DNA of 63,771 bases, filler included, from Craspedostauros australis (lineage: Eukaryota), in NCBI GenBank assembly GCA_030167865.1. It is 5 parts of 5 records of this genome, joined end to end, with 100 filler letters (N's around TTAATTAATTAA, not from the genome) between each part and the next. Parts side by side here need not be neighbours in the genome. Positions count along the whole stretch, not along the records: positions 1 to 31,411 come from JALAGF010003848.1; 4 more parts are not named here. One strand, 5' to 3'. Positions 1 to 11,557 of this stretch are shown one piece after another (the stretch's first letter is position 1; every line of letters starts with the position of its first letter). A program made the position numbers and the translations under genes. The notes under the pieces were generated by a model. It was not told the origin of the DNA, made no database searches, and saw only the letters and a list, made by a program, of their open reading frames with translations.

Positions 1-160
1 GACTATAGTTATTACTATGCGCCGAAGGCGCTTTTGAGCCGCCTCGTTTGTTCTACATGCGTCATGCAGCGGGAACGGACTGGTGCAGCAGGGCTAGCCG
101 TGCTGTGTGATTGTGTTGCATATTGATTTTGAGCTGGCTGACCAGACCTCGAGGGAACGA

Positions 161-3100
161 CTACGCCAGGCTTGCTAGTCGCACTTGCTGGTTGGAGGGC
201 CGGCGCGGGGGGAAAGTGGGCGCCGCTGGCTGGGTTGTAGGTTCGTCATGGCTGGCGGCTCGACGACGCAGCCATGCCATCTGCTCGGGCGGAACAGTGG
301 CCTGCACGTGTGGCATGCCGTGTAGCATGGACAAAAGCCACTCGGCTTTCCGGGGTTCAGCGTCGGGAAGGTGCTGAGCCAGCTGGCGGAGGTGGCGGGG
401 AACAGATGCCGATGGCAATTCAAGCAAGGCACGGCAATATGAGTGCATGCGCTGCGACATCATGCTGCGCTCGCCTGCATCGTGCAGCGCGTGGTTGCGG
501 CTTGCCCACTGTTGGAGCGCCATGTGCCACAGCTCGTGAGTGACCTCCGCCTGCCAGAAGACCTGTCGCCGGCGGTTGGAAGATGGCTGGGGGTTCGGGC
601 TATGGCGGATCCACTCCACCGACCATGCACCCCACAGAAGGCCGTCCCATCCAACTCCATGCTGCGCAACTTCGATGGCCAGAGTGGTAGACCGCCGGAT
701 GCCTTGGGGTGGGGCGCCTCCTTGCCGCAGCACGCGTAGGGCTTTGACCAAAAGTTGAGCTGCATCTCGCTTGACCCTGGGCGGCTGTATGATGTGACGT
801 ACGCGCTGGATGCACGCGTCCCAGAGCTCTTGACTTGCAGTGCTCTTGCACTGCATCACATGCTGATTGGTTTCAACACACCCGCAGCAGGGGCAAGCCG
901 TCCGGTCAGATTGCTGGCGCCGGCACATGTTTCTGCCAGTCGCCGCATTACCCGACGCCAGCTTGAGTATGGTGCGTTGCTTGCCGCCTCTCCATGTGCT
1001 CATCACCTTCTGGAGCGGTGCCCAGTCCACCGAATATCTGTCCAACGACCCCCACCGCTGGCGCCATTTGAGTCGCAGTTTGGCGGTCATCGTCGCGTCC
1101 GATACCGCATGGTAGCTGGCTTCAGACAGCCAGTCACCCCCAGCACGCACTGCCCAACCCGTGGACTTGGGGTTGCCTTGCACCGTGCCCCATGCCCCTG
1201 CGGCGTCCGTTGCTTGCCACTGCTGGCCAGCCTCGTGATCCGCCACCACGTTCAGGACCTCCCACGCCGAGATTTGGTGACCGAGTTGGGAGTCGGCATG
1301 GCCTTTGACGTGCTGGACCTCGCAGCAAACCGCTGACGTCCGCAGAACATGCTGGATCTCGCTGCGCAAGTCGTAGTCGTTGTCGTCGGCTTGGAGGAGT
1401 TGTGCCCGCGTGCTTGCCCTGATCGCTTGCATACTGTCGCATGCTATAGTAGCGGACCCCTGCACCTGCGCCCACTGTGCAAACGCTTTCAGGAACTGCA
1501 TCGTGAGGAGCACTCCCGCCGTTTCTGCACGGTTGGAGTCCATCACTCGCGAGCCTTCCGGGACTTCCGACTGGATGAGAATTCCCGCGGTAGGCTCGAC
1601 AAGCCGGTCCTGTATGACCGCGGCCGCGGACCCACGCTGGTCCTTGGCAGAGGCGTCACAGCATGCCACACACGTCCCGCGCACGATGGAGTCGGCGATG
1701 GCCCGCGCCGAACCGTGGATACGTACTTGCTTAAGCATGGCCGCTGCCAGCCCCCCAAGCTGCGCAATGTGCTCGTATAGGGAGTGTGGGCGTCGCTGCG
1801 CAACTTCCGCCCCCATAGACACCACCGTCGCCAACCCCCGGTATTCGTCGACATCCATGCCAGCCCTGCCACCGACGCGGCGACACCGAAACTCCAATGT
1901 CTGGACCCGTTGAAGTGGAGATCCGGAGCACCGCCACCATACCGACCCGTCTTCGTCCTGTACCACCCGAAACTTCCGGAGGTGTTTCCACTTGCCAAGC
2001 GGCTTGCGCAGGATCATGCCTGGTCTGTCATCGACGAGGAGAGTGCGGACCATGTTGTCCCAGGCTGCCCACGCCTGGCGCGAAGGAGGCACCGCCGCTG
2101 GCCAGACGAGGTCTTCCTGGATCCGCGGAGCTCGACGGTGTTGGGCAACCACTGGGTGGATGCCGGTACCGGCCGCGTCGCAGATGTCTGACACCCAGAA
2201 AGCTCGAAGGTGCACACGCACTGCATTGGCCTTGCGGAGGTCACCTTCATCAGCGCCCCGTTCCCAGAAGGCCTCCATGATGGTCCCATCACGTTCGCGA
2301 GGCATTACGAGTGTCGGTGCCACCTGATGGACGGCCAATCCGCTCTCAGTCATCATGCGGATGGTGCTTGACCACCAAGAATGGGCGGTCCAGCGTTGCC
2401 AGCGGTGCTGTTGGGCTTGCAGCTGGTCCACCGTGCCTGCCCATAGCTGGAGCTGCAGCAACGACGCGCGGAGCAGGCTGCCCGTGGTGGTCTGGGCGTC
2501 GAAGTGACGCCAGATCATCGCCAGGTGTGCCTTGCACTGGACTGTGAACAAGTGCGGGATAGCCAGGCCGTTGAGCTTCCTGGGCCCATGGACGTACTGC
2601 CTCGCGATGGTTCGGACGATCCCCATGTGCGGGAGAGCCGTCATGAGCGCCGGCCTCATGATGCTTTCGCATTGGCCCTGCGTGAGAGTCGTGGTTGCCA
2701 GGGAGTATTCGAGTGCCGGCCAAAGAACTGCCTTGAGCGCAACTTCGGTGTCTTGCTTGGAGATGCGGGCCGTCCGAATGTGCGCCGCCCACGCCTCCGC
2801 CTTCCCTTGGAGATACGCCGCATGTTCTGCCTGGCCCCCGTCCCGCCGCTGCATCATGCCAAGGTATTTGCTGGCCTGGTGGACCGGCGCATGGTGCAAC
2901 ACTTGGTCCTCCCCATTTGCTCCTTTCATCCGGATGTCATGTGGACGCCACGACTTGTCGTAGTTCCATCGACTGTTGCTCCATTTGAACCTGACGAGCT
3001 GCCAGAAGCTCTTCTCCGGCGCGAGGCAGCCCCCTGAGGCTGTCAGCATGGACTCCCATTGCGAAACCACCGACTGGAATTCCCGGCACTGGGACGGAAC

Positions 3101-5797
3101 ATCGCGCGACCTCAGCGTGTGGACCAGGTTTGTGTCATCCACATACGCAAAGCAGACGAGACGCTGCATTGCGTCCGCTGTTTCTCCGTACGTGAATCCG
3201 AACCCTTTGGCTTGCATTCGCTCTATGAGCGCCGAGCTGATTAGCAGCCACCCTGTGGGGGCCACTCCTAACCCTTGGACCAAGCCTTGGATGGGCCGCG
3301 GGAGATGAATGCCGGAGTAGCTTGTCATGGAGACCCCCAACCCCATGCTGATCCTGTGCCGCATGTTCTGCAGGGTGCACAGAACGCTGTCAATAGGTTG
3401 CCGAGGTGTGCCTTGCCGGCGCAACGCCATCCCGAACGCCGGGTGGGAAATGCGGTCGTAGCATCCTTTGGCGTCATTGGAGCACACCGCAGCGTCGCGC
3501 CCAGAGATCCGCATGATGTCGTCGGTCAGGCACACGTTGACCAGGACTTCTTGCGCCGTGTGCATTTGGCGGCTGCCATACTGTTCTGCAGCAATGGTTG
3601 AGTTGGTTTCTGCATGTCTGCGGGCGGTCCGCCCCAGCTGCCTCGTATTCATGTTGAAGTCTCCCTCCATCAGCCCAATGGTTCTGGTCTTGGTGACGCT
3701 AAGGTTGCCCGGCTGCTTGCGCAGCTGCACGTCGGTGCACTGCTGCCACCTGCTGAGGCTGTAGCCTGTGCGATATGGGATGGACCTCATGATGGCGTCG
3801 ATCGCCGCGAGTTGGGGGTCTTTGGTGTTGGCTTTCCAGCAACCAAAGTGGATGCCTGACGGTCCGGATGATGTGCGCTCTTTGATCTTGCGCCACCCCT
3901 CCACATGGTCTTCCGTGGAGATGACGGTATCCATTGGTGCCCACGGGGTGGCTTGGGGCGGTCTGCGTAAGGCGTGCAACAGTTCCGCTGTACCTGTTTG
4001 GACTTGCGAAGGCACTAGCCCCCCAATGATTGCGTCCGCCGCCGGGGATGTGCCGTACTTCCCGACTCTGCGGCTGACCCGTCCCACGCAGAGATCGGAG
4101 GACCATGCTGCTTGATATTTCGCGATGTTGGTTTCGCAACATGCCTTGGCCACCTCCTCAGGCTCTGTGAGCACCCGTCCATCTCCGCCAGGGCCGTCGT
4201 GGACAACCATCGTGACCTGAGAGTCGAGGGCAGAACCAGCCAGGGCGTGTTTGATGCGTCGGAACCTCGCTCGTGTCTCTTCCCTCTCCACGAGTTGCCG
4301 CTTGTACTTGTCTGGGTTGCCCCCGCTGTGCTCGACGAACTCCGCGTTGGACTGCAGGAAATCCACCCGATGCTGCGCGGCCATTTTCTTCTCATGCTTT
4401 AGTTGTTTCCACACGCGGTTGCGCTCCATTGTCATCCCAGCAATGCTCATGCCCTTCGTGCGGACTTGGCAGAGCTGCGCTTGCTTTTTGAGTCGGTCGA
4501 TGGTCGATCCTTTCACTTTGTGGCCCTGTCTGCGCCGAATAGACTCTGTCCAGAACTTGTGGGCCTTCTGTATTCGTGCCACCAAAGGCGAGTAGGGGAC
4601 CTTCCCCATGCGAACCTTTCGACATCCCCGCTCGGCTCGGAGCATGGCCTTGGTGCGGTCTGCGTCGATGCTTTCGATGGTCGCCGACTGATGTGCAGTG
4701 AGAGGCTGATCAGATATAGACTTCTCCAGGGCCATGGCTCTCTCCAGGAGCCGGAGTTGTTGCGCCGCCTTGGCATATTCCTCCAGATATCTGTTGACCG
4801 TCGCCGGGCTTTGTAGCTGGAGTCGGCGCCCCCGGAACGGTTGCGTTGGCGTGTTGCCCTGCCCCAGGAGATGAGTGGCTGAGAAGTCGGCCCATATCAT
4901 GCGGTGGTCCCAACAGCCGTATGGCGTGGCCCCTCACTGCGTGGCTGTAGCTTCTTGCGAGGTCCAGATTCCGTCGATTTGCATGTTGCTGCGGTTGCGG
5001 ATTTGGGTGGCCGTCGGCTTCTGGTGCTGACTCGAAAACACTTCGTGCAACCCTTCCTCCGATAGCATAGTGCTCATCTGCGACGCACGCACGTCCATGT
5101 TGATGTCCCCTCCGAGTATCACTGTCTCGCCGGCTTGACACCAGAGGTGGACTTGCTGCTGCAGTTCCTGCATGTGTAGACTGATAGGGTCTGTGTCTAT
5201 GCCTTCTGCGGCTGCATTGGCCGCCAGCTGGTTGTATACCGTGCCTGGTGTCTTGGTCGACTTGTTGGCCACGTACGTCGACACCAGGCGTACCTTGATG
5301 CTGCCCTTGCCTTGCAGCAGCATGCTGATCCATCTGCCCCAATTGTGCGTGTCAGACGTTGACGACAGTATGCGCCCTCTGGTGTTGCCTTGGATCATGA
5401 TCGCAGTCCCTCCCCACTGGCGCACTCGAGTAGCATTGAGCCTGTTGTGAGACGTAGTTGTGCGCGACTGAGGGATGTTCTTTTGTACGAGCTCGTGCAG
5501 ATGCATGTGCCTGGGCACCTTGCTCCAGTTGATGCCCACCTCCGTCAGGAGCGCTATGTCCACGTGATGACGGCGAACTGTCTCCCAGAGATCCTGGTAC
5601 TTGGGATCTGTGGCGTCGACGGGGAGACCGCTGAGGTTGAGGGCTGCCACCCTTATGTGTCCTGGCGCTTTGTGTTGCGAGTCGCCGCCAACTGGGGTGA
5701 ATTGGTTGACCACCTCTTCCGTGCCTGATCGACCCATGAGTCTGTGCCTGTCGCTTTGCCGGCTGGTCTGCGCGCGGCTTGCGGTGCTTGCTAACAT
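161..5797 (-). CDS. LINE ORF2 polyprotein (APE endonuclease, reverse transcriptase, RNase H, CCHC knuckle) interrupted by one in-frame TGA at 4934-4936
   Basis: ORFs 4934..5797 and 161..4900 are in the same frame. APE motifs: RVAALNLSGL, LLTEVG, QWGGT, GGDIN, QIDGIW, WDHR. RT motifs: SSGPSG, EQYGSR, NDAKGCYDRI, QGLG, FAYVDD, KYLG. RNase H motifs: CCDAS, RAETAG, ACDS, HVKGH, ADHEA. Knuckle: CPCCGCVETNQHVMQC. Confidence 0.9.
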
Positions 5798-8400
5798 GGC
5801 GGAGGTGCCCCGGCCCCGGGGTCGGCGTTGCCTTGATGCTTCTCCAACTCCGCTCGCAATTTGTCGATTTCCGCTCGTTGGATCTCCAGCCTGGCGTTGT
5901 TGAGTGACTCCTTGCGCTGGCGTTCTTGCTCCAAGGCTGCTGCCCGGGTGGCTTCTCGGCGCTGCTCGGATGCTGTCGTGGCGATGGATTCGGCGTCCCC
6001 AGACCCCGGAACACCAGTGACTGCCGAATGCATTGTCATGTGCGACCCGATAGTGGTGCCGCTGCCGAACAGGCTTCGATAGTCCAGGGCTGCGGGCCTA
6101 TAACTTGGCTTGTCGAGCAGTTCCGTCGGGAGATTTGTGATCACCACACTGGCAGGAAACTCTTCTTCGAGGAGGTGCTCCAGCTTGCTGTTGTCGGGAG
6201 CATTGTACTCTTTCGTCTCTGCGTCGTACGTGACATTGAGGTTGGCATACCAGGCGTCAGGGCTGAACCATTTCTCCGTCTTGACTCCAAGCTCGATACG
6301 CGCGATGGCTGGGAGCAGACTCATGATGGCTGACGCTTGTGCCATACTCTCCTCGAAGACGTGTGCGATGAGCTGATCGTCGTGGGCCCTCGCCATGTCC
6401 AGGCTCTGGAAGATCTGCTTCCCGTCGGCATCCTTCATGCTCATGAGATGTGATCTGAGGGTGATGTGTTCGCGGTTGTCGCCATGGACTGGATCGTCCA
6501 GTTTGGCCACGCCTGACGTGTTGACGTATTTGAGGCTGGTCAGCACTGCTTGATGTTTCTGGATCAGCATGCCTCTGTGGCGCCGCTTCTTCTCCGTCAT
6601 CTGTTCGTATCTGGCCTCGGGGAGGAACCTGATGCGAACGCCTGCCGGCCTGTTGTCATCCTCATTGAGCAGGTCGCACAGCCTTTCGACCGCAATGGCT
6701 GCCTGTGAACTTTCCGTCTCCACTTTGATCGCCCTCCACGGTTGCATTGTCCAGTGCTTACCACTCTTCTGGTAAGCCTCCCTGGTTTTGTCGCACACCA
6801 CCACCAAGTTCTTGAGTTTGCCACCCACTCTTGTGTTTTTGTGGCGCCTTCGAAATTCCTGGTTGAGAAGTTCCATCGTGCCTTTAACATCGTTGAATCC
6901 GCCCGAGTACAAGAGGAACCCGATTTCCTTGGTATTCTCCACCTGAAGAGTGTTGATGTAGAGGCCCTCTTGATGTTTGTAGTAGTAGGGATTCATCTCC
7001 GCGTTGCGTTCGGCCGTGATGTTGGTGGGGTGCATGTCGGTGGTGATGCGCACGTTGGTGTAAGTCAACCCGCTTTCCATCGTCGATGCCCTGAGCCCCT
7101 TGAAAAAGGTGCGGAGCTCCTTGAGGTCGGTGGGAACTTGACCTGAATGTTGGATGTACCCTCTCTCCTCCGGAGACTCCTTCCATGGAAGTATACCAGC
7201 CGACGGATCCACGATTTGGACCTGGCTGAACCATGCCACGATCCTGTCTCTGAGTGCCTTGGTTGTGTCTGGCTCCGTTTGGTCCGCCTTGACTTTGAAC
7301 ATGAACCTCGTGGTATGCTGTAGGCTGGGCTGCCCTATGAGGATCTGGCTGGTGTCTGACTCCACAGATGCCGTTTCGACGGCTGTCTCGAGGTTGGCAT
7401 TGTCAAATGTGACTCCTGCCGCTCGTGGCCACGCAGACGGAGGTTTGGCCGCTGTCTGAGCGTTCGTTTCCAGACTATCGCTGTTCCGGCGGTTGCCTGC
7501 TGGTTGGCGGGTTCGCGGTTGCGCTGGTGTTTCTGGTGCTGGTTGTGTATCGGGCTTGTCGTCACTCAGCAGGGCGAACCTGTTGATGTTGGTGCCGGCA
7601 ATTGCTGCCTGGCCTGTGGGCAACGAAGATATCCTGGTGCGCTTGGTTGGCTTCGCTCCATGTGATGGCAAGGGCGGTCCTTCACTTGCATCAATGCTGG
7701 CGGCACGTGGCGTCAGGCGTTGGTCTGATGACGCTGTGTGGTTGGATGACTCTGAGAGTGCGTCTGCTGCCGGCGCTGTGCCAATGTCGTAGTTCGTGCC
7801 GAGCACCCGTTTTGCTGCCTCCCAGGCTCGAGCTGGTCTGCTGCACGAGCTGATGCATCCGTCTCCATTGACCTTGAACACTTTCCTTGGGTCTGTGGAT
7901 GCCAGTCGCATGATGGCCATTGACACCCGCCGGCGTCTTGGGTCGTCGGACGGCAAGCTCATGGGCCCGTACTGAGTGTGTCTGCCATTGAGTACGCGGC
8001 GGAAGAACATCTCCCATTCCTTGGCGGTTGGGTTGGCTGCCGATGCCTCCGTCTCACTTCTGCCGTACCACTTTGCTCTCGCACTCCACATTTGACCTGC
8101 CATGTAGTCAATGGAGTGAGGGCCGTTGGCCTTCGTAAATGGCTCAATGTCATCGCCGTACTTCCTCTCCGTGGTTTTCCACGTGCTTGTTCTTGGTCGG
8201 TATTCGAGTGTATACTCATCTGGGGTTGGTGTGCTCATTTCTGGCCCATTTGACTCCGCTCTTCTCCCTGTCACACAGCTACGATGAGGTGGTTCCCCGA
8301 GGGTTGTGAGTCCTTGCTGGAGAGTCTCGGTATCGTCGCCATTTCGGTCGGGCGGCGTGCCGTTTTCGAGCTCCATCATGGTCAAACCTTCGCTTGCCAT
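5791..8400 (-). CDS. LINE ORF1 protein, 869 aa, C-terminal coiled coil, no recognised domain
   Basis: Long ORF directly upstream of ORF2, overlapping it by 7 nt (ATGTTAG). Confidence 0.8.
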   Translation of the reverse strand: MASEGLTMMELENGTPPDRNGDDTETLQQGLTTLGEPPHRSCVTGRRAESNGPEMSTPTPDEYTLEYRPRTSTWKTTERKYGDDIEPFTKANGPHSIDYMAGQMWSARAKWYGRSETEASAANPTAKEWEMFFRRVLNGRHTQYGPMSLPSDDPRRRRVSMAIMRLASTDPRKVFKVNGDGCISSCSRPARAWEAAKRVLGTNYDIGTAPAADALSESSNHTASSDQRLTPRAASIDASEGPPLPSHGAKPTKRTRISSLPTGQAAIAGTNINRFALLSDDKPDTQPAPETPAQPRTRQPAGNRRNSDSLETNAQTAAKPPSAWPRAAGVTFDNANLETAVETASVESDTSQILIGQPSLQHTTRFMFKVKADQTEPDTTKALRDRIVAWFSQVQIVDPSAGILPWKESPEERGYIQHSGQVPTDLKELRTFFKGLRASTMESGLTYTNVRITTDMHPTNITAERNAEMNPYYYKHQEGLYINTLQVENTKEIGFLLYSGGFNDVKGTMELLNQEFRRRHKNTRVGGKLKNLVVVCDKTREAYQKSGKHWTMQPWRAIKVETESSQAAIAVERLCDLLNEDDNRPAGVRIRFLPEARYEQMTEKKRRHRGMLIQKHQAVLTSLKYVNTSGVAKLDDPVHGDNREHITLRSHLMSMKDADGKQIFQSLDMARAHDDQLIAHVFEESMAQASAIMSLLPAIARIELGVKTEKWFSPDAWYANLNVTYDAETKEYNAPDNSKLEHLLEEEFPASVVITNLPTELLDKPSYRPAALDYRSLFGSGTTIGSHMTMHSAVTGVPGSGDAESIATTASEQRREATRAAALEQERQRKESLNNARLEIQRAEIDKLRAELEKHQGNADPGAGAPPPC

Positions 8401-8879
8401 CGTGTTTGCCGTCGTGTTGTCTGCTGTCAGTTGGTACTATTTTAGAGTTTTCTTGTTTGCTGTTTTGTTTGCCGGAATTCCGAAACTATGGTGAAAAGTA
8501 GAATAATATGGATTTTGTAACAGCATAATTGGTATTCAACAGCAAGCAATCAAGCATGCGTACGCGACAGTGAATCAATCAGATCAAAGGGAGCGGCGAT
8601 TCCCTAGAGTATAGGTATCACACCTTTTCTGTGGCTAATCATGAAGGTACGATAGTGTTCAGATGAGGTGTGCTGGTCCCCATGTTTACCAGAAGGCCAG
8701 AGAATGCCATTCTGCAAGTATCCGATTGCAGCACACAGAAAACGGCGTCATTCAGCAAACCTTTGTGTCATGGCACCTACAAAGACCTGCATACTCCGAG
8801 TGTTATGGTTGGCATACAGAGCTACACGAAAATCGCATGGAACCCAGGTGGTTGCTTGCCGAGTTTCCATACATTAAGT

Positions 8880-10063
8880 TTATCCTTGCTTCGTGTCCAC
8901 CTGCTGCTTTTCGAGCTCCTCCAAATGTAGATAAGTGTTGCCGACAGGGAGGAAGTCCAAGATGTGCTCCTTGGCTTTTTGGTGGATCTCGGTGGCGGTC
9001 GTCTTGATGCCTTCCTGCTCTTCCGGGGACAGGTTCGCAACGAACTTGGCTGGGTTTCCGCCCCACTTCTGGCCGGATGGGATTCTGGCGTACGGAGGTA
9101 CGACGGTGCCTGGTTCGAGTATTACGTTCGCCTCGACCAAGCTTCCCTCAAGGATGGTGCACTTCTCGCCGATGGTCACGAGATCGTCGATGCGGCAGCT
9201 CTTCAAGACCGAACCAGCGCCCACAGTGACGTAATGGCCGACATGGCAGACTGGTGGGAAGCCCGTCTTGAGCGTTCCGTTCTTGGGGAGAGTGCTGACG
9301 ACGCTGCCCTCACCGATGCTCGACGTGAATCCGATCGTGATTGGATGCTGCTTGTCAGCCCTGACGACGGCTCCGTACCACACGCTCGATTGGTCCCAGT
9401 TGGTGACCTCTCCGATGACAGATGCGGTCGGGGCGATGAAGGTGTCGTTAGTGACGAATGGGCTCTGGCCGAGGAAGGTCATCTTTGGCCGGTGCCTCGA
9501 GAAGATCTGCGGCCACATATTTGTTTGTGGTATGCACGATCGTCATGCCATGATCCGTGCGGCGCAATAGATCGGATGCGCAACGAAATATGGCGTGCAT
9601 CGTAGTGAGTCAGTGAGTGCGTGCGTGAGTGAGTGCGTGAATGGAGCAATCCGAGTTGCAAGCGCTGATCATCATCGTGAAGATGGAGTTGTATTACAAT
9701 GACAACACAGAAACATCTAGGAGGCAGTCAGGTCCGCACTCGTAGGTATCAAGAGACAAGCAGCTGCCAATACTAGTCGGCAGACAGGCTGCTGTCGCAG
9801 AATTAATTCCCGAACTGTTCCAGATCCAGTCTCGATTTGGAGAGACGAGGCCGCTGGATTGGAGAGAACATTCGTAGAAATGCTCTTGAAGGGACACAAT
9901 CATGACGTAGTTTCCGATGCGCACACATCAACTGTATTTGTGCATAACACTGCGCCCGTTCGGCCATGAAGATGCTCACCTCGCCGCCATTCTCCTTTCG
10001 CAGAAAGGCTCCGGCCTCGCGGAATCCACGAGCGATATGGCTTTGCAAGACTTTGCTCGACAT
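8880..10063 (-). CDS. Gamma carbonic anhydrase-like (left-handed beta-helix) protein, probably mitochondrial complex I associated; exons 10063-9980 and 9506-8880
   Basis: Motifs FIAPTASVIGEV, SSVWYGAVVRAD, VGHYVTVG, WGGNPAKF and hexapeptide repeats. A GT(GAG)...CAG intron at 9979-9507 joins MSSKVLQSHIARGFREAGAFLRKENGGE in frame to IFSRHRP. Confidence 0.88.
9728..9903 (-). ncRNA. Candidate intronic structured RNA, box C/D-like
   Basis: ATGATTG (C-box-like) to CTGA (D box) enclosing several nested complementary segments, inside the 473-nt intron. Confidence 0.4.
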
Positions 10064-10720
10064 GTCTTCAGCTGCTTATCGATCGATGGGCAGTCTTCGA
10101 GTATCCGTGCACTCTCGGTATCACCAATAGAAAGGGAGATGGAGGAACAGGTTGTTGCAGTTCTCTCCTCGGTGTCCTCCTTCGTTGGTTTGGATGCTTG
10201 ATTTCTTGCTTGCTCGCTTGTTTCGTTGGTTGCTGTTGTTATCGTTGTTGTTGTTCCCCTCCTTTGCTGCTGTGGTTGTTGTTGCTGTCGTTGGAGTCGC
10301 TCCGTTTGTCACGAACACACATCATCACCAAAGCGTCCACGAAATCTTGTTGTTTCGCGTTGTTGTTGCCGACGGTGTAATCCAACGGGTCATGATGACG
10401 ATAGGTTTGGTCCAGTTAATCGAATGCGCATCAACGACTGTTTCATTTTTTGTCATCTCTCCGAATTCAGCGTGTGGCTTTTCGTGTCAAGGAGGCGAAA
10501 ATGCGTCAAAACAAACAAAATCAGCAGCGGCAGATGACGACCAAGTACGAGCGCGTGCAACAACATGGCACAACCAAGCAGACAATACTTGCGCAACACC
10601 AACACATCGGGCCAACCGGTTGGTCACTTCATTGATCAAATAGTATCAGCGCACTCCAACTTCCATACTCTCCTCGACTCGACTCGACGCGATTCTCCCT
10701 CCTTTGTTCCGATCGCAAGA

Positions 10721-11557
10721 ATGAATCCTGCGATGAGACAATCTTTGTCACTTCGAATGTTCGTCTGGAGAGAGGGCATGGAAAGGTCGTGCATGTCAAG
10801 AGGAAGTCGTTTGGCGTCGGGCGCGTCATTGCAAGCGCAATCAAAGCGACTCTGCATGACCTCGATGCCGTCAAGTCGGCTGATATCAGCCGCGTCGGTG
10901 AATCGCAGCATGGTACCTCTCGATAGGATGGAGATGACGAGTTGGCAACCGAGCTTTCAGCCGTCGCCAGCGACCGGTGGTGCGGCAGCGCTCGTCCAGA
11001 AGCGCCACTTCGACTCTCGGAGGAAGCAGAAAAAGAGGAAGGTCAGGAACCCGTTCAAAGTGCTGCGCATCAAGAGAGGGATGAAGTACAAGGAAGTCAA
11101 GGGGAAATTTCTCAAAATCGCAATGCAGAACCATCCAGACACCTCGTCGACGGAGGACGAAGCGGAGCAGGACAAGATGAGGGAGGTCTTCATCGCGGCC
11201 CGCATCGCATTCGAATCTCTCGTGGAAGGCGACGACGGCATCGCCATCCTGAAGTCGGAGAAGGAAAAGGACGAGGACTCGCTGAGCAACTTCGACTCGT
11301 GGTTCAAGAATGAGACAGGGCACGAGACGCCGTTCCACATGGACTTGGATCCAGAGACCATGAAGGAAGTTGCCAGCATGACGGACAACATGGCGGTCGG
11401 CCTGGACCGCGACGGAGGAATGTGGACGCTTGCGAAGATGGTCACGTCTGCCGTCAAGACCGGCGGGGATTCCTCTGCGATGCTTCGCCTTGACGCAGGC
11501 GAAGTGAAAGAGACTAACTCGTCCAGCGTTGTGAGGAGGCGTCGAAGGCGGTTTTAA
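10721..11557 (+). CDS. DnaJ (J-domain) protein, probable mitochondrial presequence
   Basis: NPFKVLRIKRGMKYKEVKGKFLKIAMQNHPD contains the HPD motif. R/S-rich N-terminus. Start taken at ATG 10721 (uncertain). Confidence 0.8.
   Translation: MNPAMRQSLSLRMFVWREGMERSCMSRGSRLASGASLQAQSKRLCMTSMPSSRLISAASVNRSMVPLDRMEMTSWQPSFQPSPATGGAAALVQKRHFDSRRKQKKRKVRNPFKVLRIKRGMKYKEVKGKFLKIAMQNHPDTSSTEDEAEQDKMREVFIAARIAFESLVEGDDGIAILKSEKEKDEDSLSNFDSWFKNETGHETPFHMDLDPETMKEVASMTDNMAVGLDRDGGMWTLAKMVTSAVKTGGDSSAMLRLDAGEVKETNSSSVVRRRRRRF

Larger units (their letters stand above)
8..8520 (-). mobile_element. Near full-length Ambal-like non-LTR retrotransposon (ORF1 + APE-RT-RNaseH-CCHC ORF2); boundaries approximate
   Basis: Two tandem minus-strand ORFs. 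ORF2 carries APE, RT, RNase H and zinc-knuckle motifs. A short 3'UTR ends in a hairpin (19-31) and a TAGTAATAA tail. A-rich 5'UTR at about 8400-8520. No TSD can be checked because the window ends. Confidence 0.9.

Noticed and set aside
30..70. ATGA...AA in the element-1 3'UTR as a SECIS for the UGA at 4934
   Set aside because: No complementary stem or GA quartet partner found.
161..4900. RT as a bacterial retron, DGR or group II intron
   Set aside because: The APE, RNase H and CCHC domains, the ORF1 and the 3' tail identify it as a non-LTR retrotransposon.
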